Shown: positions 1-7,731 of the stretch, one piece after another | Numbering within the stretch: position 1 is the stretch's first letter | Layout: each line of letters starts with the position of its first letter | Source: Ignicoccus pacificus DSM 13166 | GTDB lineage: Archaea > Thermoproteota > Thermoprotei_A > Sulfolobales > Ignicoccaceae | NCBI GenBank assembly: GCA_025340205.1 | Contig: CP006868.1 | Span: forward strand, 900,001 to 932,000 | Direction of reading: 5' to 3' | DNA: 32,000 nucleotides | Notes under the pieces: generated by a model | The model's input: only the letters and a program-made list of their open reading frames with translations | Databases searched by the model: none | Told to the model about the DNA's origin: nothing | Translations under genes and position numbers: made by a program

Positions 1-1670
1 CTCTAGATGTTCTGGCCAGAGAAATAATAGGTATGGTCCTCCAAGAAAAGTTGCTAGATCCGGAGAAGGCGTTTCAGATAGTAAAAGGTGCCTATCCGTA
101 TAGGAACTTAAGTAAAGAGAAGTTCGATGAACTAATAAATACCTTAATTAAGAATAGATTGCTGAATAGGGAAGGTGACAAGATAAAGATAGGATACATG
201 TTCTACAAGCTCTGGTGCTTTGACTGCTCAGGGAAGAAATGGTGGAGTAGGTCCTTCGGAGAGTTCTTCTCAGTAATAACTGAGAGAGATACTTTCGTGG
301 TGAAGTGGGGTAACAAGACTATAGGTGATCTAGACGCCTTCTACGTCTACAAGTACTTGAGACCAGACATGAAGATAAGGTTGGCTGGCAGGACTTGGAG
401 AATAATAAACATAGACGAAGAAACGATGAAAGTTATTGTAGAACCCTCAAATGAGCAAGGAGGTGAGGTCCCTCTTTGGAGAAGCGAGGAAGCCCTCAGA
501 AGTCCCTTGGTTCCGAGATACGCCAAGGAGGCGCTTAAGAGTAAGCCTCCTCAGAGCCTGGAGATAACCGATGCGGCGAAAAAGAACTTAAAGAAGGTGC
601 TTGAATGGTATAATAGGAGAAAGCTCGATATACCCGGCGGCGACCTCTTCTACTTAGAGAAGACCGATAAGGGCTACGTCTTGAGTGGCTTCATGGATCA
701 AAAGGCCGCTGAAACGCTAGCTCATATCTTGATGTATATGGTATCTTCAGAGTACACAGCAGCGGTGCAAGTCAGAGCCTCCATGACTGGCTTAGGTTTA
801 AGCGTCGACAGCGGTGATAGCGTTCCTAATCTCTTAGATCTATTGAAACAAGTGGATGACGTAGAGGAGATGCTCGACAAAGCCTTGGAGAGGTCGCCAT
901 ACCTAGTACAAGTAGCTAAGGAAATCCAGCTAAGCTTTGGAAAGCTCGGGAAGGTAACACCAGATGACGGTTTAGTCTATGAGGAAGCTAAGAAGCAAGC
1001 TCTACAAAGGTACTTCAACGTGGAAGAAGCTAAGAGGATAATCGAGGGTCTCAAGAGCGGATCTATTAAGGTAAGGAAGCTCAGAACTAGAACCCTATCA
1101 CCGCTGGCAAGTCATATAGTATCATTACCCGCTCTCAGGCCGTGGCTCAAGATAGTAGAGGCGAGGATAGCTAATATGCTAAAGGAGGAAGCGTTCACCG
1201 TAGAAGAGCTATCTATGATGTTAGAGCTAAGTCCTACCACAATAGAGAACAAGTTAAAGGAAATGAGGAAACCCAGCTCGAAGATAAGAGTAATATCATT
1301 TATAGACACGGAATTCGGTGAAACCAGATGGACCCTTCTGGAGGACTTGGATAAAGTGATGCAGAAAGAGGAATACGCAGACTCCTTTAAGCCTAGAGAC
1401 GTACACGAGAACTTCGTGGTCTACTTGAGAACGTCTCCCAAGGACGAGTATACGATGAAATACTTCAAACCGATAGATCTCATCGAGAATCCCGAGAAGT
1501 TCTTGAGTACGTTGAACGACGATGAGTATTACGAAGTGAAGGTAGTCACGCCCAGCGATCCACTCTTTAGAAACCTTATGCCGCGATACTTTTACGTTCC
1601 CAAGAAGGCCCTCCCTGCGGTACTCTTGAATGCCGTCACGTACATACAGAGACTACGCAGGTCGGCTTAG
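1..1670 (+). CDS. Lhr-type (large helicase-related) DEAD/DEAH helicase, C-terminal part; the 5' end lies upstream of the window
   Basis: The frame is open from base 3 (LDVLAREIIGMVLQEKLLDPEKAF...), so the real start is outside the window. This motif and the long C-terminal region resemble the winged-helix/DEAD-associated part of archaeal Lhr-like helicases, from memory. No helicase core motifs fall inside the window, so the family call is tentative. Confidence 0.55.
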   Translation, partial: LDVLAREIIGMVLQEKLLDPEKAFQIVKGAYPYRNLSKEKFDELINTLIKNRLLNREGDKIKIGYMFYKLWCFDCSGKKWWSRSFGEFFSVITERDTFVVKWGNKTIGDLDAFYVYKYLRPDMKIRLAGRTWRIINIDEETMKVIVEPSNEQGGEVPLWRSEEALRSPLVPRYAKEALKSKPPQSLEITDAAKKNLKKVLEWYNRRKLDIPGGDLFYLEKTDKGYVLSGFMDQKAAETLAHILMYMVSSEYTAAVQVRASMTGLGLSVDSGDSVPNLLDLLKQVDDVEEMLDKALERSPYLVQVAKEIQLSFGKLGKVTPDDGLVYEEAKKQALQRYFNVEEAKRIIEGLKSGSIKVRKLRTRTLSPLASHIVSLPALRPWLKIVEARIANMLKEEAFTVEELSMMLELSPTTIENKLKEMRKPSSKIRVISFIDTEFGETRWTLLEDLDKVMQKEEYADSFKPRDVHENFVVYLRTSPKDEYTMKYFKPIDLIENPEKFLSTLNDDEYYEVKVVTPSDPLFRNLMPRYFYVPKKALPAVLLNAVTYIQRLRRSA

Positions 1671-3096
1671 ATGGAGATCGCTGATATGGGGCTTAATACT
1701 TTCTTTATCAGTGGCTTCTCTGACACTTTTCGTGGCGTCGATAGTAGCCTTGACCTATCCTTATGCCGATCTCTATAGTGTTAGCTCAATCATAGCTTCG
1801 ATATTGATAGTGCTAATAGTAAAGAAATTAGTGGAAAGAGCTCCGAAGGTAAATGCGGAAGCAATAATAAAGGCGTTAGTGTTCTTCTGGTTCTTCTCGC
1901 CATTATTGTTGACGTTCTTCTTTTCGATATTCGCCCATGTGAGCTTCGTTGACGCTTACTTCGAGATGGTAAGTGGATTGAGCGGTACGGGATTAACGAT
2001 TCTTAATCCCTCAAAGGAAACCCCCTTTGTAAATGCCTTCAGAGCGGCCAGCCAGTGGAGCGGAGAGGTAGGGGCGCTATTCCTCACCTTGATACTAGCT
2101 CTAGTTTACCACGTCTCACCTACGGGAATAGTTTCGGCACTTGGGAAAGGAGAAAGGGTAAGGCCCAGCATGTTTCAGACTTTGAAGGATTTAGTAATGA
2201 TATACATTGCTCTTACCATAATACCAATTACCTACATGTACTTAACTGGGATGAGTCTCTACAATGCTATAGTTTACACCTTCGCCGCCTTAGCCACGGG
2301 AGGCTTTGCTCCGACAAACATGGGAGCGGGAGATCTGACATTCTGGCAGCAGATGGCAGTCATGTTAACTTGCGTTATAGGTGCACTGAACTTCTCGATA
2401 TACTTGAACTTGCGATACGGTAAGATAAGGAAGGCGCTTTCTCATCCAGAGCTGAGGATGCTCATAGGGTCTATACTGTTCTACGCTGCCTTGCTCTTAA
2501 TGCTCTGGGGTAAGCTCACACCCTTCACCTTATGGAGCGCCGTCTTCCACTCAGCAAGTGCTGTGACTACTTCTGGTTTTTCCATAGTTGACGTAAGCAA
2601 GTTTAATCAAGCATCAAAGTTCGTATTGATAATTGCAATGTTAATTGGAGCTTCGGCCTTCTCAACCGGAGGAGGAATAAAGCTTTACAGAGTCTATGTT
2701 TTGAGTAAGTTTCTAATGAAGGAGATAAAGAGCATAGGAAAACCTCAAGGACTAGTTAAGAAGGTGGTGATATTAGGTAGGGAGATCAGCTACGAAGACT
2801 TAGCTGTGATGATGATGTACATAACTCTCTACATGTTTGTATTTCTGTCGCTATCGTTAGTGGTTATAGAACTAGTGAATAGGTATCACTTGCCGGTGAC
2901 ACCAATAGACGTGATGTTTGAGATATCCTCAGCTATGTCAGGAACAGGTCTAACATCCGGTTTAACGCCGGTCGCCACCCCGGACATCAAGCTGATATTG
3001 TGTTTTGCGATGATAGTAGGAAAAGTAGAGATACTACCAGTGATATACGTCATCTATAGTATATTTAAGGAAATGAAATCAGCCAGAACTAAATAG
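1630..3096 (+). CDS. trkH: TrkH/KtrB-family K+ (cation) transporter membrane subunit
   Basis: Polytopic membrane protein with four pore-loop signatures, SGLSGTGLT, ATGGFAP, TTSGFS and MSGTGLTSG, which are typical of the four M1-P-M2 repeats of TrkH/KtrB. ATG 1630 overlaps the upstream gene by 41 nt. No better in-frame start preserves the first TM helix. Confidence 0.85.
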   Translation: MPSRTYRDYAGRLRWRSLIWGLILSLSVASLTLFVASIVALTYPYADLYSVSSIIASILIVLIVKKLVERAPKVNAEAIIKALVFFWFFSPLLLTFFFSIFAHVSFVDAYFEMVSGLSGTGLTILNPSKETPFVNAFRAASQWSGEVGALFLTLILALVYHVSPTGIVSALGKGERVRPSMFQTLKDLVMIYIALTIIPITYMYLTGMSLYNAIVYTFAALATGGFAPTNMGAGDLTFWQQMAVMLTCVIGALNFSIYLNLRYGKIRKALSHPELRMLIGSILFYAALLLMLWGKLTPFTLWSAVFHSASAVTTSGFSIVDVSKFNQASKFVLIIAMLIGASAFSTGGGIKLYRVYVLSKFLMKEIKSIGKPQGLVKKVVILGREISYEDLAVMMMYITLYMFVFLSLSLVVIELVNRYHLPVTPIDVMFEISSAMSGTGLTSGLTPVATPDIKLILCFAMIVGKVEILPVIYVIYSIFKEMKSARTK

Positions 3097-3237
3097 AGAA
3101 AGTACCTTTTCGATCGCCTCTTTAGCATTTGAGGCTTCTACATTGAAGGATATGTTGGTCCCTTTGATCCTAACGACATATCTTCTTTGACCTAATACGG
3201 AGTATTCTTCTACTATCTCCAGGTCCGATGCATTCAA
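3079..3237 (-). CDS. Possible small protein (52 aa, TTG start), unannotated in the ORF track
   Basis: Hand translation gives (M)NASDLEIVEEYSVLGQRRYVVRIKGTNISFNVEASNAKEAIEKVLSLFSSG*. The composition is protein-like. It lies 59 nt downstream of tRNA-Tyr on the same strand and overlaps the trkH 3' end by 18 nt. It is below the 60-aa track cutoff and I recognise no homologue. Confidence 0.25.
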   Translation of the reverse strand: MNASDLEIVEEYSVLGQRRYVVRIKGTNISFNVEASNAKEAIEKVLSLFSSG

Positions 3238-3295
3238 GTTTCATCGCCTCCCAGGATCTGGGTGATAATTAGGGTGGAAGGATGGGTGGCCCAAG

Positions 3296-3438
3296 TGGTC
3301 CCGCCGCGGGGACTCGAACCCCGGGCCACCCGGTATCTGCGCTGCCACCCCTTCATCCCGGGCTCCCGCGGCCCGGTATCTGGGGGTGGGCCACTACGGA
3401 CCCTACAGCCGGGCGCTCTACCGCTGAGCTACGGCGGG
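3296..3438 (-). tRNA. tRNA-Tyr (anticodon GUA) with a 68-nt intron at the canonical 37/38 position; CCA encoded
   Basis: Reverse complement: exon 1 (3438-3403) is CCCGCCG-TA-GCTC-AGCGGTA-GAGC-G-CCCGG-CTGTAG. Exon 2 (3334-3296) is A-CCGGG-TGGCC-CGGGG-TTCGAGT-CCCCG-CGGCGGG-A-CCA. Joined, they form a 75-nt cloverleaf with a 7-bp acceptor stem, 5-bp anticodon and T stems, and the C1:G72 pair typical of archaeal/eukaryal tRNA-Tyr. The intron is 3335-3402. Confidence 0.9.
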
Positions 3439-3464
3439 ACCCGTGTCGACACATCTCACTCCAG

Positions 3465-3472
3465 TTAAAAAG
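3465..3472 (-). promoter_or_regulatory. TATA box of tRNA-Tyr
   Basis: The minus strand reads GCGAAAAC-TTTTTAA, centred about 30 nt upstream of the tRNA 5' end (3438), with a purine-rich BRE-like stretch upstream. Confidence 0.55.
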
Positions 3473-3589
3473 TTTTCGCCTCAGGTGGGGTCTGGCGCTC
3501 CTCACTTCTCGGAGCAGACCGGACCCTCCTCATCGGCATAAGAGGGGAAATTATGCAAGTAGATAAGATTCCAGCTCTTATGAGGAGGG

Positions 3590-4015
3590 GTGTACGAGCT
3601 GAGTTGGAGAAGGAAGAGGGAACTCTCCGAGTACATGTTGAACTTAGCAAAGAAGGAGCTAGAAGAAGGAATGTATGAAATGGCTGCCCTTCACGCTAGT
3701 CTAGCTCTCGAGACGTATCTAAGATCTATGATAGAAAGGTTGCGCGGAAGGAGTATAAAGAGAAAGGGACTAAGCGATTTGTGGTTCGAACTCACGTTTA
3801 CGCTGACGCTTTGGGAAGGATTTAGAGGTTATTCTGGTCTCTTCGAAGATCTGTATACCAATAATTCTCAACTCTTCGAATTCATGGAAGAAATCCTTGA
3901 ATCTACAATAGGTGAGATCGATGTTGGTAAGAAAAATTCTAAAGAAATAATAAAACTTGTTGAAAAAGTATTCGATCGATTGGATGTAGTTGTTAGTGAG
4001 GTATGGCCTTCTTGA
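3590..4015 (+). CDS. HEPN-like all-helical protein (hypothetical)
   Basis: The N-terminal pattern LNLAKKELEEGMYEMAALHASLALETYLRSMI resembles the first helices of HEPN (PF05168-type) domains. GTG start at 3590, with an alternative ATG at about 3635. There is no Rx4-6H motif (only one His in the protein). The call is weak. Confidence 0.35.
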   Translation: MYELSWRRKRELSEYMLNLAKKELEEGMYEMAALHASLALETYLRSMIERLRGRSIKRKGLSDLWFELTFTLTLWEGFRGYSGLFEDLYTNNSQLFEFMEEILESTIGEIDVGKKNSKEIIKLVEKVFDRLDVVVSEVWPS

Positions 4016-4069
4016 CCTTTTGAGAAGGCTGTCACTTTAAACAGAAGGACGCGTCTGTCTACGCGACCG

Positions 4070-5092
4070 GTGTCCGCGTTGAATAGATACCTAGCGGGAA
4101 TCTTGAGCCTCCTCATACTAGGAGGAATGGTTCAAGCCCTTCCACTCAACATTTTATGGACATCGGATACACCAACAGATCTCTCAGAAGGTATAGCTAT
4201 ATCAGATGACGGGACCGTGGCGGTGGCCTCTGATGATAATTGTATATACTTCTTCGATACGACCGGCAACTTGCTCACGCAGAGTTGTGCTACGACGGAC
4301 ATGGACGACGTTTCTTATTATGATGGTAAGTTCTACGCTGTCAACTTTGATAATGAAGTATACATATTTGATACGAAGGGTAATCCTGAAGGAACCTTTT
4401 CGATTAGTGACGATCATGATGAGTCCATAAAGGCATTTGATGGAGGTATAGTTCTAGGTGGTAGCGAATTAGCGCTTTATGATTTCAATGGCAACGTCAA
4501 ATGGACTATACTCGTAGGCGAAATCGATAACTCACCCTCCGTGTATGGTGATTATATCTATGCTGCAGATATTAATTATGACAGACTTCTCGTAGTTTAT
4601 GCCCCCAGTGGAAGCGTTGTAAGTACCATAAACTACACGGATTCTGCACACGATACTTCAATCTGTGGACATTATTTGGCTGTGACTACTTCCAGCAAGC
4701 TTTACTTGTACGATATCTCCTCTCCTGCTTCACCCAAGTTGCTCTGGAGCGTCGGAACCTTCGGAGGAGGATATAACGTAGGCGAACTACAAGTCACCTT
4801 TTCCCCAGACTGTAACTACATAGCGGTAGCCGATACGCGGAATTACACGTTAGTGATCTATGACATTCAAGGTTATGTTGAGAACAGCCTAAAGTTCTCG
4901 CAAGGCGTCTACGGAATAGATTGGAAGGGATCGGTGCTTGCTATTTCGTTAGAGAATGGTACGATAATAGCATATGATACGGGCATAGCAGCTACAACGA
5001 CTACTACTACCTCTTCTGGTATCCCCGCCCCAGCCTTACTGGCGTTCTCGTTAGTTCCAGCTTTGAGGAGGGTTTGGAGGAAGAGTAGGTGA
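4070..5092 (+). CDS. Secreted beta-propeller-like repeat protein with Thr-rich linker and C-terminal PAPALL/hydrophobic/Arg-rich tail
   Basis: GTG start. Signal peptide MSALNRYLAGILSLLILGGMVQA|LP. About seven blade-like repeats of the type hhhYhFDxxGN (CIYFFDTTGNLL, EVYIFDTKGNPEG, LALYDFNGNVKW, LYLYDISS, LVIYDIQGYV, TIIAYDTG). C-terminus: TTTTTTSSGIPAPALLAFSLVPALRRVWRKSR. A TTTAAA element lies about 30 nt upstream of the GTG, which suggests a leaderless mRNA. Confidence 0.8.
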   Translation: MSALNRYLAGILSLLILGGMVQALPLNILWTSDTPTDLSEGIAISDDGTVAVASDDNCIYFFDTTGNLLTQSCATTDMDDVSYYDGKFYAVNFDNEVYIFDTKGNPEGTFSISDDHDESIKAFDGGIVLGGSELALYDFNGNVKWTILVGEIDNSPSVYGDYIYAADINYDRLLVVYAPSGSVVSTINYTDSAHDTSICGHYLAVTTSSKLYLYDISSPASPKLLWSVGTFGGGYNVGELQVTFSPDCNYIAVADTRNYTLVIYDIQGYVENSLKFSQGVYGIDWKGSVLAISLENGTIIAYDTGIAATTTTTTSSGIPAPALLAFSLVPALRRVWRKSR

Positions 5093-5149
5093 ATTTTGAT
5101 CAGCCTTTCTTTTGATGGTATGGTAGGTGGAGGAGGGTTAGGGGTGTAG

Positions 5150-5224
5150 TGCCGCCGCCGGGATTTGAACCCGGGTCACGGGCTTGAAAGGCCCGCATAC
5201 TTGGCCGGGCTATACTACGGCGGC
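5150..5224 (-). tRNA. tRNA-Glu (anticodon UUC), no intron, CCA not encoded
   Basis: Reverse complement: GCCGCCG-TA-GTAT-AGCCCGGCCAA-GTAT-G-CGGGC-CTTTCAA-GCCCG-TGAC-CCGGG-TTCAAAT-CCCGG-CGGCGGC-A. This is 75 nt with all stems pairing (two G:U pairs in the D stem). Confidence 0.9.
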
Positions 5225-5248
5225 CCCACGAGGCCCCTTCACTCTCCC

Positions 5249-5256
5249 TTTTTAAG
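5249..5256 (-). promoter_or_regulatory. TATA box of tRNA-Glu
   Basis: The minus strand reads CTTAAAAA, centred about 28 nt upstream of the tRNA 5' end (5224). Confidence 0.55.
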
Positions 5257-5318
5257 TGTTTTACAAGGTTCGAAAAGCGTGAAAAGGAGTCTTCCGTTCC
5301 CATGTAGGGCCTAGAGCT

Positions 5319-5738
5319 TTGGAGTACTGTCTCGTCATGTCTATAGGTTATGGCGTCGCAGCCGGTATCCTCTGGCTCTTGGTTTCCGCTGCCTTAGGTA
5401 CGGTATATCCTCTAAGTACAACAATAACGTTCATGAGTATGGCAATACCCGTAGCATTTATTGCTATGCTCTTAGGAGCAATAATTGACTGTACGTTTCA
5501 AACAATTGGTGGATATTTCTCACTATCTCCGAGTACTTCTATATTAATAGGATGGATAAGCGTGAGTCTGGGTATGGCCCTCATGGCCCTTTTGAACGCT
5601 CCTCCGCCGCCAACGATAGAGTCTGTAGCACAAGCAGTTTTCGATACCGGAAGTAAGAGCTTGTCGAACAGTTTCCTTTCCTCGGACATCTTCTACAAGA
5701 TAGGCAACTTTACTTTAAACTTGTTGGGATTTCGCTAG
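5319..5738 (+). CDS. Hypothetical integral membrane protein (about 3 TM)
   Basis: The ORF has three hydrophobic helices (GVAAGILWLLVSAALG, MSMAIPVAFIAMLLGAII, ILIGWISVSLGMALMALL). TTG start at 5319, with an alternative ATG at 5337. No recognisable family. Confidence 0.5.
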   Translation: MEYCLVMSIGYGVAAGILWLLVSAALGTVYPLSTTITFMSMAIPVAFIAMLLGAIIDCTFQTIGGYFSLSPSTSILIGWISVSLGMALMALLNAPPPPTIESVAQAVFDTGSKSLSNSFLSSDIFYKIGNFTLNLLGFR

Positions 5739-5789
5739 CAGGGATTCAGCTTGAGCGTCGAGCCGCTAGAGGACGTGGAAACGCCGGTG

Positions 5790-6230
5790 ATGCTACTTTC
5801 CATAAAACCAAAGTATGCCCAGAGAATACTAAGCGGTTACAAGAAGTTCGAACTAAGAACATGGATAGGACTGGACTTCTATCCGGGGATGCTGGTAGTT
5901 ATGTACGTTTCGGGTAACGTAAAGTCAATAGTAGGTGAATTTAGAGTTGGAAAAGTGTACAAGGGTAGACCTGAATACGTTTGGGGACGATTAATCGAAG
6001 AGGGAGGCGAAGAGAGAACCGGTGTAGGTGATGAGGATTACTTGTACATAGCCAGAGCTAGAAAGGCAATGGCGATCGAGGTACTGGAACCTAAGAAGTA
6101 CAAGAGGCCGGTAAAGCTAGAGGAACTCCGATTGATAATTCCGGGCTGGCTTCCACCGATGTCCCACGCATTCATGGGACCTGGAGATCCCTTATGGGAA
6201 ATGGTGATTAAGAAGCTGAGAGAGCTCTAG
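5790..6230 (+). CDS. ASCH (ASC-1 homology, PUA-like) domain protein
   Basis: The N-terminus MLLSIKPKYAQRILSGYKKFELRTW matches the typical ASCH start (SIKPxYAxxIlsGxKxxElR). ATG 5790 is preceded by GGTGA. The ORF track opens it at TTG 5751. Its 3' end overlaps the convergent gene by 23 nt. Confidence 0.6.
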   Translation: MLLSIKPKYAQRILSGYKKFELRTWIGLDFYPGMLVVMYVSGNVKSIVGEFRVGKVYKGRPEYVWGRLIEEGGEERTGVGDEDYLYIARARKAMAIEVLEPKKYKRPVKLEELRLIIPGWLPPMSHAFMGPGDPLWEMVIKKLREL

Positions 6231-6822
6231 CCACCTCTAATGCCTTCCTCGACACCTTCTCCACCAAGCCGGGCTTTGGTTTAGCGAATACGTAGAGTAC
6301 TTTTGTTTCGGGAGTTAATGCCACGTGCAACACATCTTTATCCACTACCAACTCCTTTAGTTTTTCGAATATCTCTAAAGGACAGTCAACTAAGTACTTC
6401 TCTCCATGAAGTGAAACTTCCTTTGTAGTGTCTTTATTGAGATCAGCTCGAGAGTACTTCAATACCTTTTCTTTGACTATTTGGCACTTGCTTTTAGGTC
6501 TCTTGCTCAGCCTAAGGACTAAATAGAACCTATCATGTTTGAGAGTCAGCATCGAGATGGGATAGTAGAGCAAGCTTTCTCTAGGCATTAATCCTATCGA
6601 AGCCTCCACCCTTTCGACCCCTCTCTCGGATATCTTGAAGTCGGCCTTGAAGCCGGAATATATTCCTAATATCGTGTAATTCTTATCAAGGGGTTTTAGC
6701 CCTCTTTCCAGCTCTTTAACATAAAGTCTCATGAGCTCGAGGTTTTTCCTTCTACCTTTGAAGAATTGATATGTCGTGGCCCCAGCTAAGATAAATATTC
6801 CTAGTAGGATCAAACCTTGCAA
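6208..6822 (-). CDS. Hypothetical N-terminally membrane-anchored protein, last gene of the ArsA/Get3-like module
   Basis: Single N-terminal TM (GLILLGIFILAGATTYQFF) followed by KGRRK and a soluble domain of about 175 aa. TTG starts at 6822 or 6813 overlap the stop of the upstream ATPase gene (GTTTGA). No recognised family. Confidence 0.6.
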   Translation of the reverse strand: MQGLILLGIFILAGATTYQFFKGRRKNLELMRLYVKELERGLKPLDKNYTILGIYSGFKADFKISERGVERVEASIGLMPRESLLYYPISMLTLKHDRFYLVLRLSKRPKSKCQIVKEKVLKYSRADLNKDTTKEVSLHGEKYLVDCPLEIFEKLKELVVDKDVLHVALTPETKVLYVFAKPKPGLVEKVSRKALEVARALSAS

Positions 6823-7715
6823 ATTCCTTCACCCAAGTATTCCTTGGCAAGCTCGCGCAATCTCTCGACGCCCTTGGGAGGTACGGGGAGATAGGGTAGT
6901 TTAACTATTTGCATGTCCTTGAACTCCTCGTGTATTTTCTTCAACCATTTTTGTTGACTTTCCTTCATCGAAACCAACGTGGGGTCAGAAGTATCTTGAA
7001 TGATGAGCTTGTTTACTATAACAGCACAAGGCTTCATTGAGAACTTATTTAAGGTATCCTTTATTCTAATAGCTTCTAGGACCGGCATCTCCTCTGCGTT
7101 AAGGACTAGGATGACTTTGTGATGTTTACTCTTTAAGTACTTATCGAATTCCTCGAGCTCTTGTATCTCTTTTTCGAGTAATTCGAGCACCGGATCATGT
7201 ACTTTCTTCTCCTCAACTATCTCCCTCCTCTTAACTATGTCTTTTCTTAATTTTAGTAAGTAGTTCATCCAAGTTAACATTATTTGGGGCAATAACAAAA
7301 CTCTCAAAGCTATTCCGGTCGGTGCATTGTCGACCACCACGTAGTCAAAATCCGTGTTCTTAAGTTCCATGAGCTTTTGCAGAAGCGCTTGTTCTTCTAC
7401 ACCCGGCGTATGTTCGAGTACATCAAAGACCTTGTCGAGGTTTAACACCCTTAGGTACTTATAGTGTTGTTTGAACTCCTCTGAAATGTTCTTCGCGTAC
7501 TCTCTGATTATCTTATCGACGTCAGGCTCGGATGCCCAGAGACCAGGAGCTATTCTCTTGGGCTCCTCACTTAACTCTACGCCCAAAACATCGCCTAAGT
7601 TATGAGCCGGATCCAAGGAGACGACCAACGTCTTACCTTTATTCGACAAAGAAATAGCACTTAACGCTGCACTAGTTGTCTTACCAACACCGCCTTTACC
7701 AATGAAGTTGAACAT
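6810..7715 (-). CDS. ArsA/Get3-family (SIMIBI class) ATPase
   Basis: Deviant Walker A GKGGVGKTT, the ArsA signature LDPAHNLGDVLG, and a switch II-like VVDNAPTGIALRVLLLP (compare DTAPTGHTLRLL). ATG 7715 (MFNFIGKGG...) lies about 11 nt downstream of GAGGTGA. The ORF track opens it at GTG 7730. No CXXC zinc motif. Confidence 0.8.
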   Translation of the reverse strand: MFNFIGKGGVGKTTSAALSAISLSNKGKTLVVSLDPAHNLGDVLGVELSEEPKRIAPGLWASEPDVDKIIREYAKNISEEFKQHYKYLRVLNLDKVFDVLEHTPGVEEQALLQKLMELKNTDFDYVVVDNAPTGIALRVLLLPQIMLTWMNYLLKLRKDIVKRREIVEEKKVHDPVLELLEKEIQELEEFDKYLKSKHHKVILVLNAEEMPVLEAIRIKDTLNKFSMKPCAVIVNKLIIQDTSDPTLVSMKESQQKWLKKIHEEFKDMQIVKLPYLPVPPKGVERLRELAKEYLGEGICKV

Positions 7716-7731
7716 TATCAATATTATCACC

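Noticed and set aside
2055-2423. 122-aa alternative-frame ORF inside trkH, and similar internal or antisense ORFs (for example 9996-10343, 18661-19144, 24496-24858, 28050-28891, 30994-31812)
   Set aside because: All lie within strongly supported genes and have low-complexity Ser/Leu/Arg-rich translations typical of off-frame reading. There is no independent start or promoter signal.
3489-3520. Hairpin GGTCTG-gcg-CTCC / GGAG-CAGACC (10 bp with a 3-nt bulge) between the tRNA-Tyr promoter and the HEPN-like gene
   Set aside because: It is an isolated stem-loop with no T-tract, no box motifs and no obvious target gene. It cannot be distinguished from chance in GC-rich spacer sequence.
3262-3566. 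Two plus-strand ORFs (68 and 94 aa) rich in Pro/Gly/Arg
   Set aside because: They overlap the GC-rich tRNA-Tyr gene and its intron on the opposite strand. Their composition is an artefact of the tRNA sequence and they have no plausible start context.
5100-5303. 67-aa minus-strand ORF
   Set aside because: It runs straight through tRNA-Glu (5150-5224) and its promoter, so it is spurious.
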